NCBI GenBank assembly: GCA_964016885.1
Contig: OZ024740.1
Coordinates: 262,260,001-262,324,000, forward strand
Reading direction: 5' to 3'
Origin: Eledone cirrhosa
Lineage: Eukaryota
DNA: 64,000 nucleotides
Under the pieces are notes generated by a model. The model made no database searches, had not been told where the DNA came from, and saw nothing but the letters and a program-made list of their open reading frames with translations. The number at the start of each line of letters is the position of its first letter. Position 1 is the first letter of the stretch. Position numbers and translations under genes: made by a program. Below, piece by piece: positions 28,046-43,489 of the stretch.

Positions 28046-28129
28046 ACCTTCTGACGAGAATCCCCTTCTCAATGGTGGTCCGCCTGGATTATCCATTTAT
28101 TTTGGGATTTGAAACCGCGCGGTAAGGGT
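28046..28129 (+). ncRNA. Type I hammerhead ribozyme
   Basis: acctt-CTGACGA-gaatccc...gggattt-GAAA-CCGCGCGG-TA-agggt; predicted cut after 28124. Confidence 0.8.
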
Positions 28130-28531
28130 ACATATAGTAAGTACAGCGAACTTTTTAAAATTTATTTAAAACTTTTTCTCTATTTGCTAGACCTTTATTT
28201 TATGTCTGGCTTGTTAATTTATTAACCTGCCATAGAACCACATTGGCATACGGTTGGATAATACTTGTATACCTATATGTATTTTTTACACGTAGGAACA
28301 CATACTTTATTATTATTAATCTTCCCTAAGGTAGAGATAACATTTTGGTCGTTTGAACTGCTGCTATTTCTATTGGCAGGACATTGACCTGTCAAAACCT
28401 TGCCTTCTGTCTTTACACACGGCACTAGACAGAATTGGTCCCTTCCTCATTCACTCTCATCTGGGAACAGTTTTGTATGGCGCCAGTTTGTGATTTGAAC
28501 TCGGGAATTTTATAATATCCGAGTGAGAAGA

Positions 28532-28603
28532 GCCTTCTGACGAGAATCCCCTTCACAATCGATTATCCATTTATTTTGGGATTTGAAACCGCGCGGTAGG
28601 GGT
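28532..28603 (+). ncRNA. Type I hammerhead ribozyme, second tandem copy
   Basis: gcctt-CTGACGA-gaatccc...gggattt-GAAA-CCGCGCGG-TA-ggggt; predicted cut after 28598; stem I is G-U rich. Confidence 0.7.
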
Positions 28604-28732
28604 ACATATAGTAAGTACAGCGAACTTTTAAAAATTTATTTAAAAACTTCTTCTCTATTTGCTAAACCTTGATTTTATATACATATATTTGCTCTATGTG
28701 AGAAAAACCACAGACCCTCCATCTCAACCCTA

Positions 28733-28768
28733 CTTTTGAAAAGCAGAAGAACTGCGAAACCGGTAAAG
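28733..28768 (+). ncRNA. Minimal type I hammerhead ribozyme, U3-A8 core
   Basis: ctt-TTGAAAA-gcag aagaa ctgc-GAAA-CCGG-TA-aag; same core in the copy at 60394-60429. Confidence 0.7.
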
Positions 28769-29339
28769 GAACCAAATAAATATATATATTAAAAAAAAAA
28801 ATAAGACTCCAGTTGCATTTTCGATTTCATCTTTTTTTCTTTATACTTTCACTCGTGTAGGACACCTCGATTATTTTTCATTTTGTAAAAAAAACCTCAC
28901 TTTCTAATATATATATATTTCTCCCCCTCTGTCTTGTCCGTTAACTCTTCCTCACACTTTCACTCACTCACTGTTTTTCTCCCTCTTCTCTTCATTTCAT
29001 CCTGCACTCACGGACGCTATTTTTTCTCTCTCTGCTCAATGGCCTTCGTTCGTGCTGGACTATTCTTTCCCTAGCGCTCATATATTCACCTAACTTACGC
29101 TAACAGAATAATTTTTGAAGCTTGTTTCTCTCCCACGGTATGCTATCTTTTCTGTTGTTCTCCTGTCTCACTCGCTTTACGCGTTTTAATTGTCCTAATA
29201 ACTTATTTTGGTTATTATTGCATCGAAGTGAGATATATGATTTTTAATGCAATGAAATATCTATGATCTTCGGCAAATCACTGATGAGGGACGTATTTTA
29301 TTACATGTTACCATGTGCTACCTGCAGTATTTTTCTCTA

Positions 29340-29422
<83 letters not shown>

Positions 29423-29584
29423 AAATATATGTATATATAAGTGTATATATATAAATATATGTATATATTTATATATATATATATATATGTATATATAAGT
29501 GTATATGTGTGTGTATATGTATGTGTATGTATGTATATGTGCATGTATATATCTATGTATATGTATATATATATATATATGTGT

Positions 29585-29616
<32 letters not shown>

Positions 29617-29670
29617 GTGTATGTGTGTGTGTGTATGTGTATATATATGTATATATATGTATATATATAA

Positions 29671-29718
<48 letters not shown>

Positions 29719-30270
29719 ATGTGTATATATATGTATATATATATATGTATAAGTATATATATATATATATTATTTTTATATTCTTTTAATTTCCCCTCAT
29801 CTTTAATAGCACTTTTCAACTGCATCTAACTCTTATTTATCATATCTATATGTATTAGTATAATTTTATCAATATAAATATACCCATCAATTAAATTAAT
29901 TTATATTCTTTTCATAGATGTATTTTTTTCACTAACATTCTTATCTTAAAACTTTAGTCACCTTAGATATTTGTATTGGCATTACTATTTTATAACAGCA
30001 ACTGCTTGTATACCTTTTACTGACCACCTGACCTATTTTCACCCCTAAAATAAGCTTCAATTACTACTATTTTACCATTTGGCCAATTATGAACTTTCTA
30101 TTGGTTAATTCTAAACCTCTTACCAAACAGACAGAATATATTAGATCTTTGTTGGTTTTATTCAATGAAAAAATAAAATTATTTCTGAGGTCAGCATAAG
30201 ACCTATTTCTTCCCTAAAATATTCCTTCATTCATAATATTCTTTTCCATCCAAAACTGAAATCTACCTTC

Positions 30271-30402
30271 AAATCTGAAGACAGCATATATATGTGTAGG
30301 TATGTATATTCCCTCTGATAGTTTGTATAAATATTGTACATAGATCTATAGAATATGCATACCAACTCTAACACATATATATCCTAGAAACGATCGTAAA
30401 AT
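30271..30402 (+). ncRNA. Degenerate HHR with long stem II (same family as 58670-58812)
   Basis: CTGAAGA-cagcatatatatgtgt...acacatatatatccta-GAAA-CGATCG-TA; stem I broken. Confidence 0.5.
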
Positions 30403-30456
30403 GATGAATTTTTTTAATATAAGGAACTGTTTCTTTGTTTATTCATTATTTTATTA

Positions 30457-30554
<98 letters not shown>

Positions 30555-30561
30555 GTATATA

Positions 30562-30636
<75 letters not shown>

Positions 30637-30719
30637 GTTATTCCGGGTTGAATCGGAGGTAACCACAGTAAGTAAGGTACTCAATACATAGCAGAGTATA
30701 ACAGTTTTAATATAGAAGA

Positions 30720-30768
30720 GATTCTACAGGACTAGAACTGTTTCATTCATTAGAAATCATCAGGAATC
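30720..30768 (-). ncRNA. Type I hammerhead ribozyme
   Basis: Minus strand: gattc-CTGATGA-tttc taat gaat-GAAA-cag ttctagtc ctg-TA-gaatc; perfect 5-bp stem I, first stem II pair mismatched. Confidence 0.75.
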
Positions 30769-30771
30769 ATC

Positions 30772-30891
<120 letters not shown>

Positions 30892-30918
30892 TATACATAT
30901 ATATATATAAATATATAC

Positions 30919-30953
<35 letters not shown>

Positions 30954-30968
30954 AATATATATAAATAA

Positions 30969-31085
<117 letters not shown>

Positions 31086-31238
31086 AATATATATATATAT
31101 TTCGTTTCTGAATTTGTTTAGCAAGATTCTTTATCTGAAATCGTGTGTTGAAACCGATATTGTTATACTTTGGGAGGGTCATGAAAATGGCGTAGGATAG
31201 AAGAAAGGAAAGACACAGAAACGAAGAACGAAATCCCC

Positions 31239-31283
31239 AGTCACTGAAGAGGTCACAGAGTGTGTGACGAAAGAACTATGACT
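31239..31283 (+). ncRNA. Minimal type I hammerhead ribozyme
   Basis: agtca-CTGAAGA-g-gtcaca gagtg tgtgac-GAAA-gaac-TA-tgact; bracketed by a 27-bp inverted repeat (31157-31183, 31418-31444). Confidence 0.7.
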
Positions 31284-31796
31284 ATATATATATATAAACA
31301 ACTATCTGGTTGTGGAACCAACCAACCAACCAGAAATTTATAAATTTGTAAATTTATAAATATTTAATAAATTAAATTGAAGTGAAAGCAACTGGTGCGT
31401 GTGTTTCTTATTGGCAACATGACCCTCCCAAAGTATAACAATATATATATATATATATAAATATATACATATATTTTGGGATTTGAAACCGCGCGTTAGG
31501 GGTACATATAGTAAGTACAGCGAACTTTTTAAAATTTATTTAAAAACTTCTTCTCTATTTGCTAAACCTTGATTTTACATATATATATATATAGTTAAAA
31601 GAATAGAGGTGTAACACACAAGTTATTATATATTGGTAAACGGAATAGAAAATGTTGACAAATTGTTCACAGTTGAAAAATGGTTTAATTAGGAATAAAA
31701 GAGTATTAGTAATTGTCTGGGTTAGTATTCAGTTGTGGTTTTAAGTTTTTAAGTTTTTACCGGTTACGCATTTCTGATTAGTTTTGGGAATTCTAC

Positions 31797-32042
31797 CTGT
31801 TTTTATGTTAACAAAGTGGCTCCAGCGCTACTTTGGTGTTGCAAAAATTCTTGTGGTCAAAACAATTTTGATTGGTCGGTAGAGGTCATGTGAATATAAG
31901 AAATTGATTTTGCGCCAAGACTGTTTTTATGTTAAAAAAGTGGCTCCAGCGCTACTCGGTGTTTGCAAAAATTCTTGTGGTCAAAACAATTTTGATTGGT
32001 CGGTAGAGGTCATGTGAATAAAAAATTGATTTTGCGCCAAGA
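31797..32042. repeat. Two tandem copies of a ~124 bp unit
   Basis: ctgtttttatgttaa.aaagtggctccagcgctact...gattttgcgccaaga occurs twice. Confidence 0.9.
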
Positions 32043-32158
32043 TTGAGAAATGACTCTTTCACAACAAATATGTGTGTGTGTGTGTGTAGTAGTAGTAGTA
32101 AGGTGTTCGATGTTGTGATAATGGTTAGCAGGGATGTGTGTCAAATGGTTATTAAGAT

Positions 32159-32217
<59 letters not shown>

Positions 32218-32329
32218 GCAGAGTAATTCGTGGTAGCAGGGATGGTCAGTAGAAATGTGTCTGTAAGCAGTGGGGGGTATTTTAGCATGTCAAAAGATAT
32301 TTTTCAGCTTTTGTCTTATACGGTAAATC

Positions 32330-33990
32330 ACAAGTAGATCCAGCCTTTTCTACGGTATCCCTTAAGTACATAAAAGCGAATTAATAAGTAAGGCTTGCAA
32401 GTAAGCCACAGACATAGTCATCAATGTTCCCTCACCCAATGATCTCAAATTAAGACCTATAATAGCAGGCCCCGCTTGCGAAACCCACCGCCTTAGCAAC
32501 TTCATTGATACCCTTCTCAAACCCTTTTTCAAACACATCAAAAGCTTTATAAGGGACGACCTAGATATGCTCAATCACCTCCCTAATATGCCACTTTCTG
32601 AACAAACCCTACTAGTGACGTTCGATGTAGTCAACCTATACTCCAACACCCCCCACAACCTAGGAATAGAAGCTATCCAATTCTGGCTGGATAATTTCCA
32701 CAATGAACTCCCACAACGTATCAAAAAAGAATTCCTGATAGAGGGACTCAAATTTATCTTGGAGAACAATTACTTCGTTTTCAATAACAAACCCTATAGG
32801 CAGAAATCTGGGACCGCTATGGGAACGAAAACAGCCCCACTTATGCCAACCTAGTCATGGGATACCTGGAAATCACCCTCTACACTAAAGTCCTAAACAA
32901 ATTTGGAAACACCCTCCACTTACACATTGAAAGGAACTGGAAGCGATATCTAGATGACTGCTTCATCCTTTGGCACGAAAACATCGAAAAACTTCAAGAA
33001 TTTCACACCCTTATAAATGGGCTCAACACGACTATTAACTTCACGATGGAATACAGCCATCAACAACTCCCCTTCCTCGACATCCCCATTAAGATCCATA
33101 ACAAAAAAATAGAAACAGATATATACTAAAAGCCCACAGACTCCAAGCAATATATCCCTTTCAACTCTTGCCACCCTAGACACGTTAAAATTAATATTCC
33201 CTACAACTTAGCCAAGAGAATATGTACTATAGTCTCCAATAAAAACACCTGCTACTTACGGCTACAAGAACTAAAGGACACACTCATAGGCAGGGACTAC
33301 CCTGCATCACTAATTGACAATGAATTCAACGTGCCCTAAAACTCAGGACCCAGGACCTTAGACACCCTAAAGTAAATCAACCGAAACTAAAAGCTCTTCC
33401 ATACATCTCCACACACAACCCCCTCAACAATGAGGCCTTTGAAACCATCCTCCAGAACATCCCTGTGTTGAAAAAGGACCATAGAATGAACCAAATCCTA
33501 CGAACACACGATATCATAAAGAACAAAAGACAATCCAAGTCAATGAAAAACATCCTAACACATGCCAAAGTACTGCCAACCACAACAACGAAACACACAG
33601 TAAAAAAATGCGATAGACCCAACTGTGGCATAAGCATCAATCTAATAGAGGTTTTGGAATTGTATTTCAAAGAAGGACAACGTTTTATAGTAAAACAAAA
33701 TGTCACATGTGCATCGGAAAATCTAATATATGTATTAACTTGCTCAGGTTGTCGAGAACAATACATAGGGCAGACCAAAAACAGCCTCCGCCAACGCATG
33801 ACGGTCCATAGATCCCAAATTAAAATACGGGAATACAAGAAAATACCACTGAGTGCACACATTGATACCTGTGCCGCCGAAAATCATCCCAACTTCAGAA
33901 TCTTTCCCCTCTACAAATTTAAAGATAATGCCACCCAGCGCATCAGCAAGGAATCTTACTTCATTAACAATACGGACCCCGTCTAAACAC
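32330..33990 (+). mobile_element. Penelope-like element, RT plus GIY-YIG, 5'-truncated and disrupted
   Basis: LRPIIAGP, LVTFDVVNLYSN, GTAMGTK, WKRYLDDCF, LPFLDI, SCHP, then NLIYVLTCSGCREQYIGQTKNSLRQRMTVHR. Confidence 0.95.
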
Positions 33991-34171
33991 TTCTCCCTAA
34001 GAAGAACCCACAACATACACACGTCACCATACATACCTACATCAGCACACATCTCTACCCACATATAAACACAATGACATACGTAAACACACATGCTCTA
34101 TCGTGCAACACAAAAAAATATATATGTATATATATATGTGTATGTATATGTATATATATATATGTAGTGAA

Positions 34172-34253
<82 letters not shown>

Positions 34254-34339
34254 ATATCATTTCACACCTTTTATTGTTAAGATTTATGATGTTCTAATAA
34301 GAGAACCGATTTTACTGAATAAATCGAATAATGTACACC

Positions 34340-34385
<46 letters not shown>

Positions 34386-34394
34386 AAATATATT

Positions 34395-34444
<50 letters not shown>

Positions 34445-34656
34445 GGCATGTGGCTGAGTGGTTAGAGAATTGGATTCGCAATCGTAAGGTTATGAGTACG
34501 ATTCCCGGACCAGGTGATGCGTTATGTCCTTGAGCAAGACACTTTATTTCACGTTGCTCCTTCTACCTGGTGTTGCGACCGATAGATAGTATTAGCAATT
34601 GGAAAGACCAACGGAAACATTGCTCCTTCGGTCCAATTTGAAGAAAGTCGATCGTT

Positions 34657-34696
<40 letters not shown>

Positions 34697-34945
34697 TATA
34701 CATATATAGATATAAATATATACATATATTAGAATTTTAGCTCTGAAATAGCAATATATATATGGATGTAAATATAATGTATTTTGCAATACACTTTATG
34801 CTTAATTAAAAGCATTTTGAAGACCGTAAGCTATTGTTTTAAAGTAGTGACAAATTCACTCACTTCGATCTCAGCAAACAGGAGGAGATAAGCCGACATT
34901 ATCTACTGATTATTTACTAGATTTCTATAAGAATATAACATCATT

Positions 34946-35039
34946 GATCTCAGCAGACGGGCGGGGTAGTTGGCCTTGATAAGCTTCAACAAAAGCGAAA
35001 CATGTCATGTCGGCTTACCTCCTCCTGTTTGCTGAGATC
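34946..35039 (+). ncRNA. Extended type I hammerhead ribozyme, U3-A8 core
   Basis: gatctcagcagac...ggggta-gtt-ggcc-TTGATAA-gctt caacaa aagc-GAAA-cat gtc atg-TC-ggct-tacctc...gtttgctgagatc; predicted cut after 35011. Confidence 0.85.
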
Positions 35040-35262
35040 GAAGTGAGTGAATTTGTCACTACTTTAAAACAATAGCTTACGGTCTTCAAAATGCTTTTAA
35101 TTAAGCATAAAGTGTATTGCAAAATACATTATATTTACATCCATATATATATTGCTATTTCAGAGCTACAATTCTAATTTTTAATTTCTGCCTGACCAAC
35201 AACCGCTCTGCATAATCAGCTCCTGATTATTTACTAGATTTCTATAAGAATATAACATCATT

Positions 35263-35356
35263 GATCTCAGCAGACGGGCGGGGTAGTTGGCCTTGATAAG
35301 CTTCAACAAAAGCGAAACATGTCATGTCGGCTTATCTCCTCCTGTTTGCTGAGATC
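35263..35356 (+). ncRNA. Extended type I hammerhead ribozyme, U3-A8 core, second copy
   Basis: Identical to 34946-35039 except one C>T in stem I; predicted cut after 35328. Confidence 0.85.
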
Positions 35357-35545
35357 GAAGTGAGTGAATTTGTCACTACTTTAAAACAATAGCTTACGGT
35401 CTTCAAAATGCTTTTAATTAAGCATAAAGTGTATTGCAAAATACATTATATTTACATCCATATACATATATATAAATATATACATATATATATATATAAA
35501 TATATACATATATATATATATACACATATATATATATATATATAA

Positions 35546-35590
<45 letters not shown>

Positions 35591-35617
35591 GATATATATA
35601 TATAAATATATACATAT

Positions 35618-38339
<2,722 letters not shown>

Positions 38340-38365
38340 GCTATATATATATAGGAACGAGTAGG

Positions 38366-38461
38366 ACCCCGACGGCTGAGCTCAAGCCGTTTCGACAACT
38401 AATTCTGGACTAAATGAACATTTTTATTCTGGTATATGAATAGCCGAGATTCTCAGGGGGT
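38366..38461 (-). ncRNA. Degenerate hammerhead ribozyme
   Basis: Minus strand: acccc-CTGAGA (N7 missing)...gtc-GAAA-cggct tgagctc agccg-TC-ggggt; stem II unclear. Confidence 0.5.
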
Positions 38462-39319
38462 AATTCCATATATGGTAAAAGTGATTGTCACAAGGATTGG
38501 TCAAAAGTTTGTTGTTGAGACACATAATACTATCATGGCAATTTGTGGAAGGAAGGGGTAGCTGAACCTGCCAGTAGAAGAAAGAGGGAGAGGGAGTGGA
38601 GGAAACCCAGTCGTGCGTTGATAGTGCCAATTACAGCAGGGCAGGAGGTCAAGCAAGTATACTAGGAATGGGGGGGGGAGTCGAAACAATAAGTAAATTA
38701 ATATGGAGTAAATATATAGGACAATACCAAGAATGTTAAAAATATATAAAAAACAATTTCTGGTTACTATTCCCTAACCACAGCCATCAAGTCTCTCACT
38801 GGTACTGCTAAACTTTAGAAAAGTTTACTAGGTGGGACGGAATTGTAGTGAGACCATTTTAAGAGTTAGTAGTAATCAACCGAGTATATCTTACGGTGAC
38901 AGGTCAACAAGTGGGGGCCCAAAATACTAAAGAAACTACCACGAAATAATAATTCAGAGTCCCGAAACTAATACGAAATAATTGTTTCTACCCTAGGCAC
39001 AAGGCCAGCAACCACCCAGTGCAAAAAATAAACTAATACGAAATAATAATTCAGAATCCCGAAAATGAATACTAATACTATCTCTAAGGGTGCCGCAACG
39101 ATACAAAAATTCTAGTGCAAACTACATAAATGCTCGTACGAAGTACATGAAAAATTTAATACGGAAAATTAATTCAGAATCCCCCCAGGATTATTCCTAC
39201 AAGTTAAACTCACCGATATTCCTACTAGTTAAACTCACGCAATTACGTAACAAGAAACAGCAGGTTGCCCAACTTCTAAGACCTGATAAAAATCCACAAA
39301 GAATGACCCGACCTGAAAA

Positions 39320-40695
39320 TTAGACTAGATTGTTGAAGGACCATCTTATAAAATCTCTTGGCTTCTATTCAATATTTTGAAGCCCCTGTTGACAACCTTC
39401 CCCGGCCACGTCTACAGCTCGGATGATGTCATCCAGCGACTCAACCTACTAGAACTTGAGACCCTCAAATAAAACAGATACGCCTTCAGCCTAGATGTAG
39501 TATCCCTCTACACATCGGTACCTGCAATCTGGCAGTAGACATATTCGCTGAATGTGTCAGTTGCAGCGACCTGGATTGTTTCGGCCTCACCACCACTGAC
39601 ATCCACCAGCTCCTATCCATCATTTTAAACAACGTCTTTTTCAACTTAGTGAGACAAACCTACCGACAGACCTCTGGACTACCCATTGGATCCAGCCTCT
39701 CGGGTTTACTGGCTATTTCGTATATGAACAGGCTTGAACGCCGAGTACTCAGCTCCTGTGACACCTGCGCTTTCTTCACTCATCCTCACTTCCACCAAGG
39801 AGAAAGCCAACAAGATATTCGAATCTTTCAACAATGCTGACAATAACATCAAGTTCAGCATCGAACATCCCACCAATTCCGGGTCCCTCGCTCTTCTTGA
39901 TTTTAGACTGAACATCACTGATAGCGGTGAAATCCACACTGATTTCTACTGCAAAGCAGCCAGCAGGGACTTGTTTGTACATTACAATTCTGCCCTCCCC
40001 AACATCTCCAAAAGAGGGTACATCTTCAACGAAATGGCTCGCATACGCAACCGATGCAGCGACGCTGCTAATAGAGCCACCCATATCAGACGATTTCACA
40101 AAGTACAAGACATTAATGGCTGCCCAGCTTCCTTCTCCACCCACGACGAAACCCCAGGCCCAGAGACCGTACCAACACAAACAACAGTTGCTTCTTGAAG
40201 ATCCCACATCTCATTAAGAAAACACCATACGCAAAGTCATGAGAAGAGCAACACCATACGCAAAGCCATGAGAAGAGAAGGCCTCAGTATCAAACTAGCT
40301 CACTCTGGCCTTCCCCCTGAAGATCAATCTCCACAAAGCAAGCCCCCAACGAGCATAACGTATGCACCCGAGCCAATTGCCCTATCCGCAACACTAATTG
40401 TTGCCTGCATACCTACGTAGTATACAGGCTAGAATGTAACAAGTGCAATCTATTTTACATAGGCAACACTATTCGACAGTTACATCTCCGTATTAAAGAG
40501 CATGTTAACACCAACTCCTCTTCCTTCCGCAAACACATAATCAAATGCGAAAACTGGGGCAACATTACCACCACAATCTTAGCTACCGAACGCAGTATAG
40601 GCACGCTGAGAAATAAGAAAGCCCACTTAATGAAGCAATTAAAACCTAGGATCAATAATCGAATGGAAAGAGGTGCACCAGAATGGCTAATTTAA
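39320..40695 (+). mobile_element. Penelope-like element, RT plus GIY-YIG, decayed
   Basis: AFSLDVVSLYTSVP, YRQTSGLPIGSSLSGLLA, IKFSIEHP...LALLDF, FVHYNSALP, then VVYRLECNKCNLFYIGNTIRQLHLRIKEH...LKPRINNR. Confidence 0.92.
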
Positions 40696-41152
40696 AAGCC
40701 TGTATTCAAATATCACAGTGGCCCGTTTCTATACTCACACACATACATACATATATGGCATATATTTTTCCTTTTTATTATATACATATTCGCACACACC
40801 TTTCACTACATAAATATTTAAAACCCGAACATATTTGGGATTATTAAATTTGCTAAGGTAAGATTCTTTTGTTATCTTAGCAATTTGAATGTTCTTCTTA
40901 GTGCATTGTTTGGTTTTCAAAATTATTTAAATTTGTTTTTCCTATTCAACAATGCTTCAGGCAACCTACAACACTCTCTATATATATATAGAAATAGGGT
41001 TTTGCTTCATGCATAGCTTTATACAGAGAAGTATAGACATTTCGTATTTCTAAAGAAACATTTAAGAAGCCGTAGCTATGCACACAAAACAGTCGAGAAT
41101 ATATAGTTTTCTCGTCTGTGTTCAAGTCCAACAGTTGCAAGCGGTGGGAGGG

Positions 41153-41196
41153 ACCATCCTGACGAAGGCCAGTCAAGCCTGAAATGCATAGACGGT
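41153..41196 (+). ncRNA. Minimal type I hammerhead ribozyme 3' of the PLE ORF
   Basis: accatc-CTGACGA-aggc cagtcaa gcct-GAAA-TGCA-TA-gacggt; bracketed by an inverted repeat (~41055-41081, ~41249-41277). Confidence 0.8.
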
Positions 41197-42204
41197 TGTC
41201 CCCCTTGTTTCTGCTAGACACCATCAGAAGGCGTTAGCCCCCGGTGTTTGCATAGCTACGGCTTCCTAATTGTTTCCTGTAAACATACCGACCTTTTTAA
41301 TTAGAAGCACAACTCAGTTTGGATAAATGAGCAGACTGGAGTAACAGGAAATATAGTGCCATGCTTAGAGTCCCCATGTGCCAACTGAAGTCGAAAACAC
41401 AACCTTACAATCATGGAGCGAACACTCCAACCACTAAGTCGCATGGCTTCAGAAAGGTGCAGATACACTACACACATATATATTATACGTATACATATGT
41501 ACCATATATAGATACCTTATACATTTTTAAATTTCTAGTTAAACTTTAATTAGTTACCTACCTGGCTATGTGTGCTTACACACTTATTCAAATATACTGT
41601 GATTGTTTCATATGTTTATTTTAGATATATATATATTTCAATCAATTTCTAGTTGATATATATATATATATATACATACATTTATATATACATATACATA
41701 TATGTAATACATATTTACATGCATACATTAATACTTGCATACATACATACATGCATGACTCAGTATTAATTCATCAATAATTAAAACTATATAATTTATT
41801 TATAGTTTTTCATATTTAGATTGCAAAGAACATATTTTGTTAAGTTTACTAGATTTTTTTTTATCATTTTCAACAATTGGCCTTCTGGCAATATCTGATG
41901 TTATTCTTCACATCTGCGCAATAATTCTCGTAAAAAATGATATTTCTCTGAATATAATATTTGGACATCGATTTTCATGTTTTTATATTCTGGGTTTGCA
42001 ATGTTTTCGTTGATATTTCATTTGTATTCGCTTCTTTTATTTTATCTTATTTTGTTTATTATATTTAAATATATTTACACTTTTTGTTTATATATTTAGC
42101 CTTTTCACTAAAAACACGCGAATTAAAACTATTAGACGTAATAATTGGCGACGATATCACAAGTACGATCATGATGACAGTGACCATGATGATAATAATG
42201 ATGA

Positions 42205-42388
42205 TGATTTCTGATTTAGACACAAGGCCAGAAAATTTGAGGTGAGGGGAAAGTCGATTAGACCAACCCCAGTGCATTACTGGTGCTTAAAGATGAATGG
42301 CAAAGACAACATCGACAGGATTTGAACACAGAACGTAAAGCATATTATCTGAAACTCTATTCACACTTCCGCTACTACCAATCTACCA
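42205..42388 (-). mobile_element. SINE family A, diverged; another diverged copy at ~42420-42630
   Basis: cacaaggccag...ccccagtgcattactggt...ggatttgaacacag. Confidence 0.7.
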
Positions 42389-42634
42389 TATAATAATAAT
42401 AATTTTTCTAACTTTACATAGATTTCTCATTTAGGTACAAAGCCAGCAAATTTGGAGGCGGGCAAATTTTATTAAGTCAGCTTTTACACTTGGCTGGTCC
42501 ACTATTTTATCGACCCGATCCCAGAATAATACAAGACCAAAATTATATCGGTGGTAGTTGAAATTAGAAAGTAAATGGCCGTAACTAAATTCAGCAAAAC
42601 GTTTTGTACGACGCTCTAATGATTTTGACAATGC

Positions 42635-43393
42635 AAATGAGGAAAAGGGGCAAGTTGAAAAGATACAAAGAAATCGAAATACCAACGGGTGAGGTAATAA
42701 AGGAGATTGACACTGAGGAAGGATGTAGGTATTTGGGTGCCTTGGAAGCAGATGACACCAAGGACATAAAAAATGAAGGAGAAGATGAGGTCTGAATACA
42801 AAAGGAGAGTGGGAAATGTAATGAAATCACACCTGAATAGTAGGAATGTCATAAGTGCAATAAATTCCCTAGCTGTGTCTATTATTAAGTAGAGAGGGAA
42901 TTCTCAAATGGAATGTAAAGGAACAGAAAGAACTAGATAGAAATACGAGGAAATCAATGAGTACCTACAGTATGTTTCATAAGAGGGCGGGGGCTGTTGA
43001 TGGACTGTACTTAGGGAAAGCTGAAGGTGGGAGAGGTCTTATCTGCGTATAGGACTATGTTCAGATGAAGAAAAGCGGTTTGCATAACTATGTGTCTGTG
43101 AGTAACGAGCCAATGCTTACGGCTGTATTGAAGGAGCAGACAATAGACCAGGGGATGCCGAAGAAGGAAGCAATGATGAGGAAGAAGAGCAACCTGAATG
43201 AAAAATATATTCAGGGTGCCTTCTTTAAGAATACAGATTTCAGAGATCCGCAGACATGGAACTGGTTAAAAAAGGGTGACCTCAAGAAAGCTACTGAGGG
43301 AATGCTACTGGCTGTACAGGTACAAGCCCTTAGAACGAAGTGGATGAAACACCATATTGACAAGAAGGAAGCTAGCCCACTTTGTAGGATATG

Positions 43394-43489
<96 letters not shown>

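Larger units (their letters stand above)
27981..28679 (+). mobile_element. Tandem partial direct repeat (27981-28203, 28467-28679), one HHR per copy; retrozyme/pLTR-like
   Basis: Direct repeat with 486 bp start offset; third truncated copy at 31472-31580. Confidence 0.8.
34729..35464 (+). mobile_element. Retrozyme-like element: 317-bp tandem units each with an HHR, preceded by an inverted partial copy
   Basis: 34906-35147 repeated at 35223-35464; 34729-34899 is the reverse complement of 35007-35177; flanked by (TA)n. Confidence 0.85.

Noticed and set aside
29275-29340. CTGATGAggg at 29281
   Set aside because: Possible HHR 5' half, but the GAAA-UH half is absent before the microsatellite
34443-34515. 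tRNA-like sequence
   Set aside because: SINE head without a complete cloverleaf, followed by SINE body; no true tRNA gene found
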